Both the position numbers and the translations under genes were made by a program. Positions 23,455 to 35,117 of a stretch of 64,000 nt of DNA are shown here, piece by piece. The notes beneath the pieces are model-generated. The model saw only the letters and a program-made list of their open reading frames with translations. It did no database searches and had not been told where the DNA came from. How positions within the stretch are numbered: position 1 is the first letter of the stretch; each line of letters begins with the position of its first letter. This DNA is from Alloascoidea hylecoeti (taxonomy: Eukaryota): positions 372,001 through 436,000 of the forward strand of contig BCKZ01000014.1 of assembly GCA_001600815.1 (NCBI GenBank). The letters run 5' to 3'.

Positions 23455-25257
23455 TTAATCAAATTGAATATTATTATAAATGATATTAGAAGGAAAGTTA
23501 GTACTAGTATTTCCATAAATTGGAGATTCATCATTTGTAGCTAATTGATTCATGTTTAAAGAGGTTAAGGAATTTTTATAAGTCATATCTGAATTATTAT
23601 AGTCGATAAATGGATTAAATCCCGTTTGTAAAGTATCTTGGTCAACTTGTAATTGTATTGGTTGAAAATCATTAGTAAATCCAGAATTTGAATCATGAGA
23701 ATCATTCATAATATTAGTATTATAGGACGATTCATTATTATTTTGAAGTTGGTATCCATTTCTGTTATTCATATTAATATTCATATCTTGTGTCATTTGA
23801 CTTGAAATTCCAAATGGCATTTGTAATTGTTGAGATTGTAATTGAATCTGATGTTGTTGTTCTTGTAATTGTGAATCACAACTGAGTAAAACAGGTGGAA
23901 TTGATAAAGTTGATGAACATCTATGAGCAATTGATTTAACTTCTGTACTATTACCATCTGATCTAATATGTCTCTTCTTTGCAATATAGTTGGAATATTC
24001 AAAATGATTTGAATCTTTAATATCAGAAAAAGTAGGAATTGGTTGAGCATCTGTGTATTGACTATGATTTCTATGATTATGTAGACTAATATCTAATGTT
24101 GATATTGAGTTTTGATTTGCTGAAATTCTTGAATAAGGTGATTCATATTTATTTGCTGTTTCACGATCCTGATCAATATTATTTGTAAAACCATAACTAC
24201 TAAATTGAGGAGATGGTAAAAAAGAATCAAATGATGTTATTGATGGTGACGAGAATCCTAATGAAGGAGATGGTGATCCATTTCTTGATAATAATAAATC
24301 TCTAAAATCTTGTACTTCTTCAAAATCTCTATGAAGATTTTCTAAATTAGGTGTGTTATTATTTGATTCTTCATAATCATTTGTATTTATACTCTGTTGA
24401 AGAATTGCTTTCCCATCAGATGATATAGCCATACATAATTTTGAAGATCTTGAAATTGATGAAGTAAGAGATAATCCTCTAATTCTAGCTCCTCTTGAAT
24501 CTTTTGAATTTGAATTTAAGTTTAAGGAAAGGTTACTTGAAGTGAAAGATCGTTTTAACATTTTATGTTTAGTGGGTTTTGATGATGAAGATGATACATT
24601 AGTTGATGGGACAGAATTGGATTGCTCAGCTCTGTGGTTTGTTGTAGTATATTCATTCACAAACTTTTTATATGTATTTCGAGGTTTATTAACTTGACCA
24701 TTTGATGAAGATAAATCAACAAAAATATATTCTCGTGATGGGGCAAGAGATTTATATTCTGGAAAAGGAGGAGTTTTATTTAAACGAGTGGCTTCACTTA
24801 AAAATTTTGATTTACATCTTGAAGGAGAGGAATGATTACTTGTAGTATAACTGAAACCACCAGATTTATCCTTTTTAACTTTTGTTGGAGAACCACTTGA
24901 ACAGTTTTTAAATTGGAAGATTTTAAATCTTGAACTATTAGATTTTCCTTGTGGTGTTTTACGATCAGGAGTTTTATTCATTACATTATGATCTTTCTGA
25001 CTTGGAGAAGATTTTAAGTTTTTGGAGCTGGGATATTGTTGAAGATCTCCTGGCGTTAAGGTTATGGATGGATACGAGGGGATTTCCTTCATATCAGTAT
25101 TATCATGTTCAGAAATACTCTCGAAAGATTCCACGGATGATACGGAGGAGTTTCCCAACCAAGATCCGAGGGTGGAATTCGAATAATAGGAGAGAGGAAA
25201 ACCGGTTGAATTACTCAACTTCTTCAACGGTTTCTTTTGATCAAATGTTGTATTCAT
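23455..25257 (-). CDS. Uncharacterised S/N/Q-rich low-complexity protein (600 aa) with a probable 5'-UTR intron 25324-25259
   Basis: Long ORF with host-like codon usage and many SP/TP sites. No recognised domain. Confidence 0.75.
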   Translation of the reverse strand: MNTTFDQKKPLKKLSNSTGFPLSYYSNSTLGSWLGNSSVSSVESFESISEHDNTDMKEIPSYPSITLTPGDLQQYPSSKNLKSSPSQKDHNVMNKTPDRKTPQGKSNSSRFKIFQFKNCSSGSPTKVKKDKSGGFSYTTSNHSSPSRCKSKFLSEATRLNKTPPFPEYKSLAPSREYIFVDLSSSNGQVNKPRNTYKKFVNEYTTTNHRAEQSNSVPSTNVSSSSSKPTKHKMLKRSFTSSNLSLNLNSNSKDSRGARIRGLSLTSSISRSSKLCMAISSDGKAILQQSINTNDYEESNNNTPNLENLHRDFEEVQDFRDLLLSRNGSPSPSLGFSSPSITSFDSFLPSPQFSSYGFTNNIDQDRETANKYESPYSRISANQNSISTLDISLHNHRNHSQYTDAQPIPTFSDIKDSNHFEYSNYIAKKRHIRSDGNSTEVKSIAHRCSSTLSIPPVLLSCDSQLQEQQHQIQLQSQQLQMPFGISSQMTQDMNINMNNRNGYQLQNNNESSYNTNIMNDSHDSNSGFTNDFQPIQLQVDQDTLQTGFNPFIDYNNSDMTYKNSLTSLNMNQLATNDESPIYGNTSTNFPSNIIYNNIQFD

Positions 25258-27146
25258 ACTAAATAGTTAATGTCAGTATGAGATAATATAATTATTAATA
25301 GTTTAGTGGAAGAGAAATATATACCTTAAATCTGCAATTGACAATTCTTTTTGATTTTTTGATTTCAAGAAATTAAATAAGGTTAATAATGATGCATTAA
25401 CACTTTCCAGAAATTGAAGCAATTAACAATAGTCGAAGGTATTAATTTCGTAGAAGGTAATTAGGACAAAACAATAAATGAATATGAAGAACGGAAATGC
25501 AAGTTATTATAACCCCAAAAACGGAGAATAATAGATGAAATAAAGTATTTAAAGAACGGTAGATTCGCTCGTATGTTAATTATAAAAAAATATTTACTAT
25601 GACACTATCCTCTATTTGATGGTCCCTAAGTTCCCTAACGCAGCGGAATTGACATCGGTTTGATTCGGTTAGTGGTTATTACATGCTCCGACGCTTAGAA
25701 TGCAGTAGTACCTGCTTCGTATGGTTATATTATAACCGTATATATTGAAACCATAAAAGTTTATGTAGAAACATTTACTAAAGTCATAATACTAAAACCC
25801 ACTACCATTCGTTCCTGGGATAAATCCATGGATATATGACATTAGTTCACATCAGTTATAGGCTTGGTAATTACCTAACCCTTGGAAATATAACTTAAGC
25901 TTGGAAATTTATAAGATTGAGGAGATAATAATAGTTAAGATTATGGAATCAAGTTTTATAAATTGTAGAATGAATAGAATTTGTTAGATAAACAAACAGG
26001 ATCTTACGACGTTGTAACCAATTGCAACCACTACGACTGAATTATTTTCAAATTTGAACAAGCAAATAAGTCCATTAACACTTTGCAAATTAAATAACAT
26101 ATATTAAACATGGGTAACTAAGTAAGTAAACAGGTATGGTACTACTAGCATCTTTAATCATAGAATTTATAAACACAATTTCTTTTAGGGGTGATTAACA
26201 CATAGTTATAATTTAAAAAGACTTCTTTATTCTACACTCAAAACAAAGGAACTTATTTCTTTATCGCACACTAACCTCCACAAATTAAATAAATAACATT
26301 AGTGCAACTAACAAATAAAGGAAAAAATATAGTCATCACGTGAATATATAACTTTTTACGAGATGGTTTGCATTAATACCATTACGGCTATTACCTTATT
26401 TTATTTCTTTTCCACTCCTCTTTCTTTTCCTCGATGAGCCACGGGATTACAGGTAACTTAATACTAATTCCCCCTCAATTAAATCACTTTGCTTTGAATT
26501 AAGCCTAGGAGGATGCACACCTAACACATTATCACGTTCAGATCACTTCAATACCTGATAATCATGATACTTCTTAAACTTTTGTAATATAAGCTTATAT
26601 CTGTATATTCTTTTAAAGCACAGACTAAGTTACTCTGCCCACCGGAGTTGAGTTTCATTGCCTGTCCGGTCTCGGGGCTTTAATTGAAAAAAAAATATAC
26701 CACTAACAAATATAATTCAATCTGCAATTTAAAAGTTATAAATCAAATAATTAAAACCTTAGATTATCAGCAAGATTTATTAAACATTATAAACTAAATT
26801 ATAGCACTAATTCTCATGAGTTGTAAGACATTAATATTGCTTACAGTGGATTTTTCATATCCAGACTAATCGATTAGTGTGGAGTTATAGATGAATCAAT
26901 TTGTAGTGTGTGTGTGTTATGCATGTGCCATGCAGGACAACTTGATCCATTTAAGATTTAAATTTATAACACATCGATTATGAGTAAATACTAAATGGAT
27001 TATTTATCTTTCACGAATTCATACTGCTGCATTTTATGATATTGATATAAAATATTTATAAGGACTTATATATATAACAACTAATAATAATGCTATTTTC
27101 TATATAATATTTAGTTGTAAGTAAAAATACAATTCAAAGATTTTAA

Positions 27147-27147
<1 letters not shown>

Positions 27148-27177
<30 letters not shown>
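27148..27177. repeat. (AAT)n microsatellite
   Basis: aataataataataataataataataataa run downstream of DNF. Confidence 0.9.
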
Positions 27178-27181
<4 letters not shown>

Positions 27182-27438
27182 TAAAAAAACATTTTCGGTA
27201 AAAATAATACAAAAAAGGCAGAAATGTCAAGATATAAGTAATTTTTTGTTGTTGTTTTAATATTTTGGAAGAAATATATTTGGGGAGGATAAAATTCTGA
27301 TATTTGATTGATATCTCTAAGTTGTAAAAAAAAATATTTTGAAAGAAGAAAAGAATAAAAGATGTATGAGTATGCTGTTCCATTTAAATAATTGTCATGA
27401 AAAAAGAAAAAAAGGAATAATGCTTTATAAGGGTATAT

Positions 27439-30400
27439 CTAGAAATCATATTCATCAATACTCTCACGTTTTGAATGTTGTGACATTAATGTTTCTGCAT
27501 TTGTCAAACCAGGAAGTTCCATTGATGCTCTTGCTCTATCAAATGATACTCTATTACGACGAGTATCTAAAGAAAATCTTGGATTTTGATTTTGATCAAT
27601 TGATCTTCTTAAATCTGCTGATGGTCTTGATCTTGTTCTATCAAGAGAAACACGAGGATTATATTGACCAGCTTCAAACATTTGAATTCTTCTTTGATCT
27701 AATGATTGTCTAATACTATTTGTTGGAATTTGTAATGAATTACGTTCAAATCTTACAGAAGGAATTTCTGAAGATGATGATGCTTCATTATTTGATTCAG
27801 TTACAATTAATGTTGTTTGAGTATTAATTTTATCAGTTGATGATGATTTATAATTTAATTTTGTTGAGCCACCACTTGATGAAGGAGAAGGAGTTTTTTG
27901 AATAATACCAATATCACCCATTTCAGGATCAACATTAAATTTATTATTAATTGAATTATCATTTTCAAGTTCTTGTTCACTTGATGATATTTGTAATTGT
28001 TGAGTATTTTTAATTTTTTCAATATTTGGATCAGTTGGATCATAATTAACAGGATATTGATCAAAATCACCCATTTTTACCCTTTCTCTAATAATATCTA
28101 AATCACTTGGAATATAAATTTTTTGAACAACATCATAAACAAATCTTGGTAATAAACAAGTAATTACACCAACAAGACTAACAATCCAAAAACTAAGAGT
28201 ACCAAAAATATTTGAAGCAGCACGATAAAATTCTTGAGCTCTTGTACCAACAGTCCAAATACCAGTCCATCCATAAAATATCAAAATTGATAAAGTAATA
28301 ATTAATAGAGATAACCAATCCCATCTATATTGATGAGATAAAACATACAAATTTGCAGAAACTATTGATATTGCAGTTACCAAAATACCAATTTCATATC
28401 GATGATCAACAGGTAAACCATTTGAAGAAACAAATTGAGCTTGATAATAATAAATATAAGGATAAAAAAATGCAATTATTGATTGATAAGCACCATCCAT
28501 CATATAACCCCAAAATTTAGTTTGATTCCATTCATTTCTTAAAATTCCTGATCTATAAAGTTGAGGAACAATTAAACAAATTTGAGCAGAAACATCTTGA
28601 TCTAAAACTCCCAAAAATATAACAGGTAATGAAGTAAATGCTAAATTATAAAACATTAAATATGTATATTCAAATAAATATGAACCATCAAAATCATTAT
28701 AAATTCCATACCAAAATAATGCTAAAGTATAAATAACATTCTTATAAAAAAAACTTGGAATCATTTCTGATAATCTTTTATATGACCATCTACCATGAAT
28801 TAAAACCAATCTTGTTAAAAATCTGAATTGAGCAATTGCAAAATCAGAAGACATTACTGCTTGTCTACCTTCTTCACCAGCAATACCAACACCAACATCA
28901 GCTTCTTGAATCATTGCAACATCATTTGATCCATCACCAATTGCTAATGTCATAACATCTAAAGAATTTTTAACAAGTCTTACAACAAATGCTTTTTGTG
29001 CAGGACTTACTCGACAACATAAGACTGATCGACATTGTTTACATAATAATAAAAATTTTCTTTGTAAATCTTTTGAAATTTCAATTTGTTTTAATGCATC
29101 ACCATCAATAATAACTGCAAAATTTCCTGATGGTGGACTATGATTTAATTTTGCATCATCTAATTCTTCAAAACTACCATCCATTGCAAAAAAATCTTTT
29201 AAATATTTTGAAATTAAATGATCAATTAATTCAGAAGGTAATTTTTTTGAATTTTCAATTAATTTTATAACTAATAATTCCATTCCATTATCTAATAAAT
29301 TACAACTAAAACCAATATTAATTGCAGTTTCAACTTTATCACCAGTTAAAACCCATAATTTAATACCAGCTTTACCTAATAATTCAATTGAATCAGGTAC
29401 ACCATCTTGTAATTTATCTTCAATTGCTGTACCACCTAATAAAGTTAAATCGGTTTCAATTAAATCAGCAACTAATTCCATTTGTTCTTCACGATTTTTA
29501 ATTGCAGATGATGCTTTTTCATGTTTTAAATTCCAATCATTATATTCTTTTAATGATAATTCACGTTGTGCAATACATAATGTACGTAAACCTTCAGTTG
29601 CAAATTGTTCTAAATGTAAAGCAGTTTTTTCTAAAATTTCTTTATTTGAATTTTTTTTTAAACGATTATAAATTATTGAATCAGCACCTTTACAAATTAA
29701 AACAATTCTATCATCTTCATCATTAGATTTAGAAGGTAATTTAACAATTGCACTCATTCTTTTTCTTGTTGAATTAAATTCTAAAACATTTAAAATTTCA
29801 AATTCAATTTCTTTACCTTGTATATTAACAATTAATCCATTTTTTGTTCTTGTAATAAGTTTAAAACCAACATCTCTTGCTGTTGAAACTAATGCTGCTT
29901 CATCTGGAGATTGAGCTTTTAATAAAATTTTTGAAGGATTTAAAGTTGATGATTCTGTTAATACAGTATGACATAAAGATAATGATAACATAAAATTTTT
30001 ATTTGATTCTTGTTGTTCAAAACCATTTTCACCTTTTAAATCTTTTATAAAATCAGAAGAAATAAAAGTTAATTCATTTTCATTTAATTCATCATCATTT
30101 AATTCATTAATCATTAATTTTTTATCATTTAAAATTTCTAATTTCATTTTTTTTTCTAATTCTTCAATGTTATTGATAGTTTCATCTTGTCTTGCTGAAC
30201 CAGCCATTGCTTCTGTGAAAACTTTACCATAAGATTTCCCATTAATTGTACATTTTTTAAATTCCATTAAATTTTGTGTTAATGTACCAGTTTTATCTGA
30301 AAAAATATATTCAATTTGTCCTAAATCATCAGAGATATTCCAAGATTTTGGTGTACAAGGATAATCTAATTTATCAAAATACATTAAGACATCACAATAA

Positions 30401-32073
30401 ATAAAAAAAGCTTGTAATGTTTTAATAATTTCAATTGATATATATAATGAAATTGGTACTAATGATTGATATAAAATTAATCCAACAAAAAAACCTAATA
30501 TACCATTAATTGAAGATTTTGAAGAATATGATTTAAATTCAAAAAATTTCCTTGATGTTGAAGATTTATTATAAAATATTCCATTTACTAAACCAGCAAT
30601 AAAACATAATAAAAATAATAAAACAAAATTCATTATAACACTAAAATTTAATTCTCTTGTAATTCTTGATCTTTTTGTTGGTGTTATACCAGCATTTAAC
30701 ATAATTTTTGTATCTGATCCTGTGAAAACAACAACAGCAATAACCCATTTTGTATTTCTTAATGAACAACCACGTAATAAAATATTATTAATTGTTATAG
30801 CTTCAGATTTTTCCTCATTATTCTGATTATTGAATTTTAAAACACCATTATATGTATATAAATTTGAATTTGGTGCTTCACTTTCAATCCAAAATTTTGA
30901 TTGTTGAGCTAATTTTGATGATTTTATAGATTGTGAACAATTTAATGATTGTCGAACTTTTAAATTTGATTCACCATCTAAATTTTTTGTTTCAATATAA
31001 CAACCACCATCATCATCAGATGATGATAATATAATCATATCTGCAGGAATTTCTTCATTATTATGTATTCTTAAAATATCACCAACTTTTATATTTTTCC
31101 AATAATCTTTATAAAATTTAGTTTCATGTGATATTGGAATTTTTGAATCAATTATTGAATTTGAATTTGAATTTGAATTTGAATTTGAATTTGAAGTTTC
31201 ATGTTTACTTAATTCCTCTGGAGTTATAAAAGGATTATTTGAATGTAAATGATTATTATTTTCAATTATTTGATCATTTTTTGATTCTAAACTTGTTGAT
31301 GATATAATACTTTCATTATCATTATGAATATTTCTTGTTGATTGATTATTTTTTTTAATAATTTTTGATTTTGAGGATCTATAAAATCTAAGCCATAATT
31401 TCATACACCATTTTTTAAACCTTCTCCATAAACTAATTTGATCATCCCTGACATTAACATTTTCCCAAACATGACCATTTTCTTCAGTAGAATTTGGATC
31501 ACGATGATGACGTAAAATATGGGTTAAAGTATTGTTTAGTTCTAAATCAAGAGAAGTTCTTCTATAATCTTCAATTGCATCTTTTATAGCAGTTATACAT
31601 ACAATAACAATTAATGGTACAGCAGCTAAACCAGGATTATCCACACCAAATATTGGGAACGCACCGAGTATAACTAAAAATAAAAAGTAAATATTTGCAA
31701 CATTTTTAAATTGTAATAATAAATTTTTTGGAATAAAAGATAGTGGTTTATATTTTGTTGTTCTAATTTTGTTTCTTGGATATTGAATTATTGGTAAGTT
31801 ATGTTCATCGAGCATATATGGTGGTAAAGGTAGGTTGATAAAGATGGATCTTTCTTGTGAGTTATTATCATTATTGGATGAGATGGTAGTACTATCATTG
31901 TCGGTGTCAGCATCCGTAGCATGTGAATGATTATGGCTGTTGTTTTGAGGATCCGGCAAATGGTGGAGTTCCAGATCCGGTAACCGTTCTAGAGGTTTTC
32001 TCCTTATTGTTCTCCCCAGTCGGTTTCTCCGAGTGCCGAACCGATGTATTTTCACTTTTGAATTTGGGTCCAT
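27439..32073 (-). CDS. DNF1/DNF2: P4-ATPase phospholipid flippase Dnf1/Dnf2
   Basis: RNKIRTTKY, KNLDGESNLK, PISLYISIE, FSDKTGTLT, LTGDKVETAINIG, AIGDGSNDVAMIQ. Confidence 0.96.
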   Translation of the reverse strand: MDPNSKVKIHRFGTRRNRLGRTIRRKPLERLPDLELHHLPDPQNNSHNHSHATDADTDNDSTTISSNNDNNSQERSIFINLPLPPYMLDEHNLPIIQYPRNKIRTTKYKPLSFIPKNLLLQFKNVANIYFLFLVILGAFPIFGVDNPGLAAVPLIVIVCITAIKDAIEDYRRTSLDLELNNTLTHILRHHRDPNSTEENGHVWENVNVRDDQISLWRRFKKWCMKLWLRFYRSSKSKIIKKNNQSTRNIHNDNESIISSTSLESKNDQIIENNNHLHSNNPFITPEELSKHETSNSNSNSNSNSNSIIDSKIPISHETKFYKDYWKNIKVGDILRIHNNEEIPADMIILSSSDDDGGCYIETKNLDGESNLKVRQSLNCSQSIKSSKLAQQSKFWIESEAPNSNLYTYNGVLKFNNQNNEEKSEAITINNILLRGCSLRNTKWVIAVVVFTGSDTKIMLNAGITPTKRSRITRELNFSVIMNFVLLFLLCFIAGLVNGIFYNKSSTSRKFFEFKSYSSKSSINGILGFFVGLILYQSLVPISLYISIEIIKTLQAFFIYCDVLMYFDKLDYPCTPKSWNISDDLGQIEYIFSDKTGTLTQNLMEFKKCTINGKSYGKVFTEAMAGSARQDETINNIEELEKKMKLEILNDKKLMINELNDDELNENELTFISSDFIKDLKGENGFEQQESNKNFMLSLSLCHTVLTESSTLNPSKILLKAQSPDEAALVSTARDVGFKLITRTKNGLIVNIQGKEIEFEILNVLEFNSTRKRMSAIVKLPSKSNDEDDRIVLICKGADSIIYNRLKKNSNKEILEKTALHLEQFATEGLRTLCIAQRELSLKEYNDWNLKHEKASSAIKNREEQMELVADLIETDLTLLGGTAIEDKLQDGVPDSIELLGKAGIKLWVLTGDKVETAINIGFSCNLLDNGMELLVIKLIENSKKLPSELIDHLISKYLKDFFAMDGSFEELDDAKLNHSPPSGNFAVIIDGDALKQIEISKDLQRKFLLLCKQCRSVLCCRVSPAQKAFVVRLVKNSLDVMTLAIGDGSNDVAMIQEADVGVGIAGEEGRQAVMSSDFAIAQFRFLTRLVLIHGRWSYKRLSEMIPSFFYKNVIYTLALFWYGIYNDFDGSYLFEYTYLMFYNLAFTSLPVIFLGVLDQDVSAQICLIVPQLYRSGILRNEWNQTKFWGYMMDGAYQSIIAFFYPYIYYYQAQFVSSNGLPVDHRYEIGILVTAISIVSANLYVLSHQYRWDWLSLLIITLSILIFYGWTGIWTVGTRAQEFYRAASNIFGTLSFWIVSLVGVITCLLPRFVYDVVQKIYIPSDLDIIRERVKMGDFDQYPVNYDPTDPNIEKIKNTQQLQISSSEQELENDNSINNKFNVDPEMGDIGIIQKTPSPSSSGGSTKLNYKSSSTDKINTQTTLIVTESNNEASSSSEIPSVRFERNSLQIPTNSIRQSLDQRRIQMFEAGQYNPRVSLDRTRSRPSADLRRSIDQNQNPRFSLDTRRNRVSFDRARASMELPGLTNAETLMSQHSKRESIDEYDF

Positions 32074-32284
32074 TTATTTGTAGTTATATTTGTAAAGATG
32101 GAAATGAACACGAAGACGACAGTAGAAATTTAAAGCGAGCGAATAAAAGTGAACAAAATGGACTGGTAGAAAAAAGAAAAAGAGAGGAGAAAGAAATGGG
32201 AATTTTATAAAAGAAATTCGAACTTTCAGCTTAGCAATTTCGTGTCGGATCTCGGATGTCGTTTATTTTTATAAATATGGTCAG

Positions 32285-32390
32285 CTCGCGGGGGCACGTG
32301 ATGCACCAGCCCTCGCGAGCAGCCGAGGATCCAACCCTCGCGCACCCTCGCGCACCCTCGCGAGCAGCCGCGATCCCCCCGCGAGCAGCT
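32285..32390. repeat. GC-rich CGCG repeat cluster with an E-box upstream of DNF
   Basis: CCCTCGCG x4, CGCGAGCAGC x3, CACGTG at 32295. Confidence 0.85.
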
Positions 32391-32509
32391 ACGGTGCCGA
32401 TGGGATGGCCCAGGTAAAGCCAGACGCAGGACAATGATTACTAACCACTAAACGGCCTAATGATCCACAAACGTGTCCAATCTTATTTACACGGTTAACA
32501 TTATACTAG

Positions 32510-33298
32510 TTAATTAATATACTCCTTAAAATTAGCTTCAAATACTTGTTTTGCTCCTCTTTCAATCACTTCCCCGTGGCAAGGAATAATTCTATCAAAA
32601 TCCCATCCCAACACACTCCCAATCCCATCCGATGCCGTTCTTTTATCTCCCATCACTTTTTTAGTTAAAAAGTTGGAAACCCCGGATCCTGCTTTCATAT
32701 GTTTGGTAACAAAAGAAACCCCATCTGGATGTTGAGAAGTTGGAGGCATATTTAACATTAAATCGGCTTCAATTAATGTATTTGTTGGTTTGTGAAACAA
32801 AACGATTTCCTTATTAACATGAGTTGGAAAATAAACAATTTCAATTTCGTTTATAAAATCTTCTTCAATACCAATTTTAGATAAATCTGTAGTCTTTAAA
32901 ACTTTGTTACCCATTTCTGGAGTTAAACAATGATTTATTTCACAATTTGAATTTTTTGGTAATTTTTCATTCAATTCCTTAATTGTCAAAATTTGTGCTT
33001 TTGGAAACTTATCTTTCCATGATTTAATACCCATATAATGTTCAAAATCCGGAGCAACCAAATATTTAACTTTTTCTTCTTCTTTCTTACTATCTGTAAT
33101 TATATCCAATGCTCCTTGCATTTCATTACCAAACGGCATTGGACTGAAAATAACTAACGATCCTCCATTTAATTTAATAAATGTTGTTCTTGCTCCAAAT
33201 GTAACCCCCTGACGAATAAATGGTGCACTATGAATCGTTAAGTTTGGTGTAAGCTGGGTGGTTATACCACCAATTGGTTTACTATAACTTGATCCCAT
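32510..33298 (-). CDS. DUF4336-family metallo-beta-lactamase-fold protein, possibly N-myristoylated (MGSSYS)
   Basis: LVIFSP, YLVAPDFEHYMGI, EIVLFHKPTNTLIEADL, WDFDRIIPCHG. Confidence 0.8.
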   Translation of the reverse strand: MGSSYSKPIGGITTQLTPNLTIHSAPFIRQGVTFGARTTFIKLNGGSLVIFSPMPFGNEMQGALDIITDSKKEEEKVKYLVAPDFEHYMGIKSWKDKFPKAQILTIKELNEKLPKNSNCEINHCLTPEMGNKVLKTTDLSKIGIEEDFINEIEIVYFPTHVNKEIVLFHKPTNTLIEADLMLNMPPTSQHPDGVSFVTKHMKAGSGVSNFLTKKVMGDKRTASDGIGSVLGWDFDRIIPCHGEVIERGAKQVFEANFKEYIN

Positions 33299-33439
33299 TT
33301 TAATATAATCTTATTGTTTTATCTTATTGTATTGTACTCTCCGTTAACAATGAAGAAAGATAGAAGAGAAAAGACAAAGAGAGGGATGCCTTATATACAA
33401 AGCAATCAATAATCAGTAAAATATAGCATGTGCATCCAT

Positions 33440-34626
33440 CCCCAGATTCAGCAAATCAGATGGGTTGCTTATGTAATTAATGAGTGTAATTGTGCTTTCT
33501 ATTGCATAATCATTACGTAACTGTTCCCATAATCAATGATGGCCAGAACGAGCCTGTGGCTACTATTACTAATGGTATGTTTCTGAGTTATTCAAGAGAG
33601 AAAACCATCTACTGTTATTCATGTCCAGATCCTGTTGTATTATTAAGTGTAGTGTCACGGGAATGTCTCACCGATTATCACCGCCGAATGCATATGAAAA
33701 TGCACAAGAAACATGAGAATCATAAGAAGCACAAGAAAGATACTGACTATTCCTCGTCTTGCCACTAAAAGTACCATAGTAGCTATCTATTATTAATATT
33801 ATTGGTATAGCCCCGAGATTTATTTGTCATGATCTCGTACAGTTCCAAGCTTGCACTTGAAATTAAAAAAAAAATTAACAATCTTCTATAAAAAGTAATC
33901 CTTATAAATTTCCCCACATAAAGTAGATTAAAAGAACATGAAATTGGTTAACCGTGTTTAATTTAATTTCATAAGTTATCTTGATATTTAACTCTGTGCT
34001 TTTATCTTTATCTATATGTTGTGTAATATCAAACAAACTGTTAAATGCAATGCAACTCTTTGTTAAAACGATAATCACATTTAATTCTTTTTAATAAAAT
34101 ATGACCGTTCATACAGTACACTTTTATAAATATAATACCAAATAAAGATTGAGTATTTTAAACCATAACATGCTAATATTATAAATTGTACTCTTGGTTT
34201 TTATATCGGGTGAAGATTAAACTGGCGCTTTACTTTCGGGTCATCATCACATTCACATAAAAATGGGAAGATTATCATCAGTTATTGAATGTTCTACAAA
34301 TCTTGAGCTTTAAGATAGTTCATAATGTTCCGTAATCTATGTAACGTTTAGTATTTAGTATTTAGTATTAGCCCCGTTAACGCCATAAATAGCAGGGCAG
34401 AGAGAGTATTAATTTCCCTCATCTGTTCCAAAATCCAATTTACACCTTATGATAGGACTTACATCCAGAATTAATATTCCTCAGACTGTAAATATGTTTT
34501 GGATCAAAGGCCAAGTATGACTTTTACCATATATATACATGGATACCATTTACCCACCACACCCGGAGCCGCACCGACTGAGCATTCGTTACAATATCTC
34601 AAACGTTATGAGACGCACCCCAGTTT
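33440..34626. promoter_or_regulatory. Three Mig1/CreA-type sites (CCCCRS plus AT flank) in the HXT upstream region
   Basis: CCCCAGATT at 33440, CCCCACATA at 33912, CCCCAGTTT at 34618. Confidence 0.45.
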
Positions 34627-35117
34627 ATCTTTAAACCACATTCATTATATTCTTCCAATTCTTCACATTCAGGAAAGGGAAAGCCCTTAAGCTTTTACAT
34701 ACCAAGAATATTTCATATCAATACTTTTTTATAAAAGTTTTTATTATGGGTCTTTAAAATGATACCCGAATAGAAAAACCACCACACCAGCTTTAATTTT
34801 GCTGTACATAAGGATATGATACCAATTACGTATCAATCTAAACGGTCTTTTATAAGCTGTAACTTTGGATTAATGTACATCGTTAATATATTAATGCAAT
34901 TAGAATCATAAATAATGAACCAATTTTATATGCCTTTTTTCATTATCAGCATTTTAAATCTCTTTATATATAATGTTGCATTAACATGATGAACAATGCT
35001 TTTTAGCATTAATATTGATGATGATTTTTTTTTACTATAAATATAAATATAAATATAATCATTAATAGAGCCATTTATTTTCATTAATATTAATAAAATC
35101 TTTAACTTTCCCTTAAA

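Noticed and set aside
26335..26342. ATCACGTG matches the point-centromere CDEI consensus in a long intergenic region
   Set aside because: No very AT-rich CDEII followed by a CDEIII (TGT...CCGAA) on either side, so more likely a Cbf1-type promoter site.
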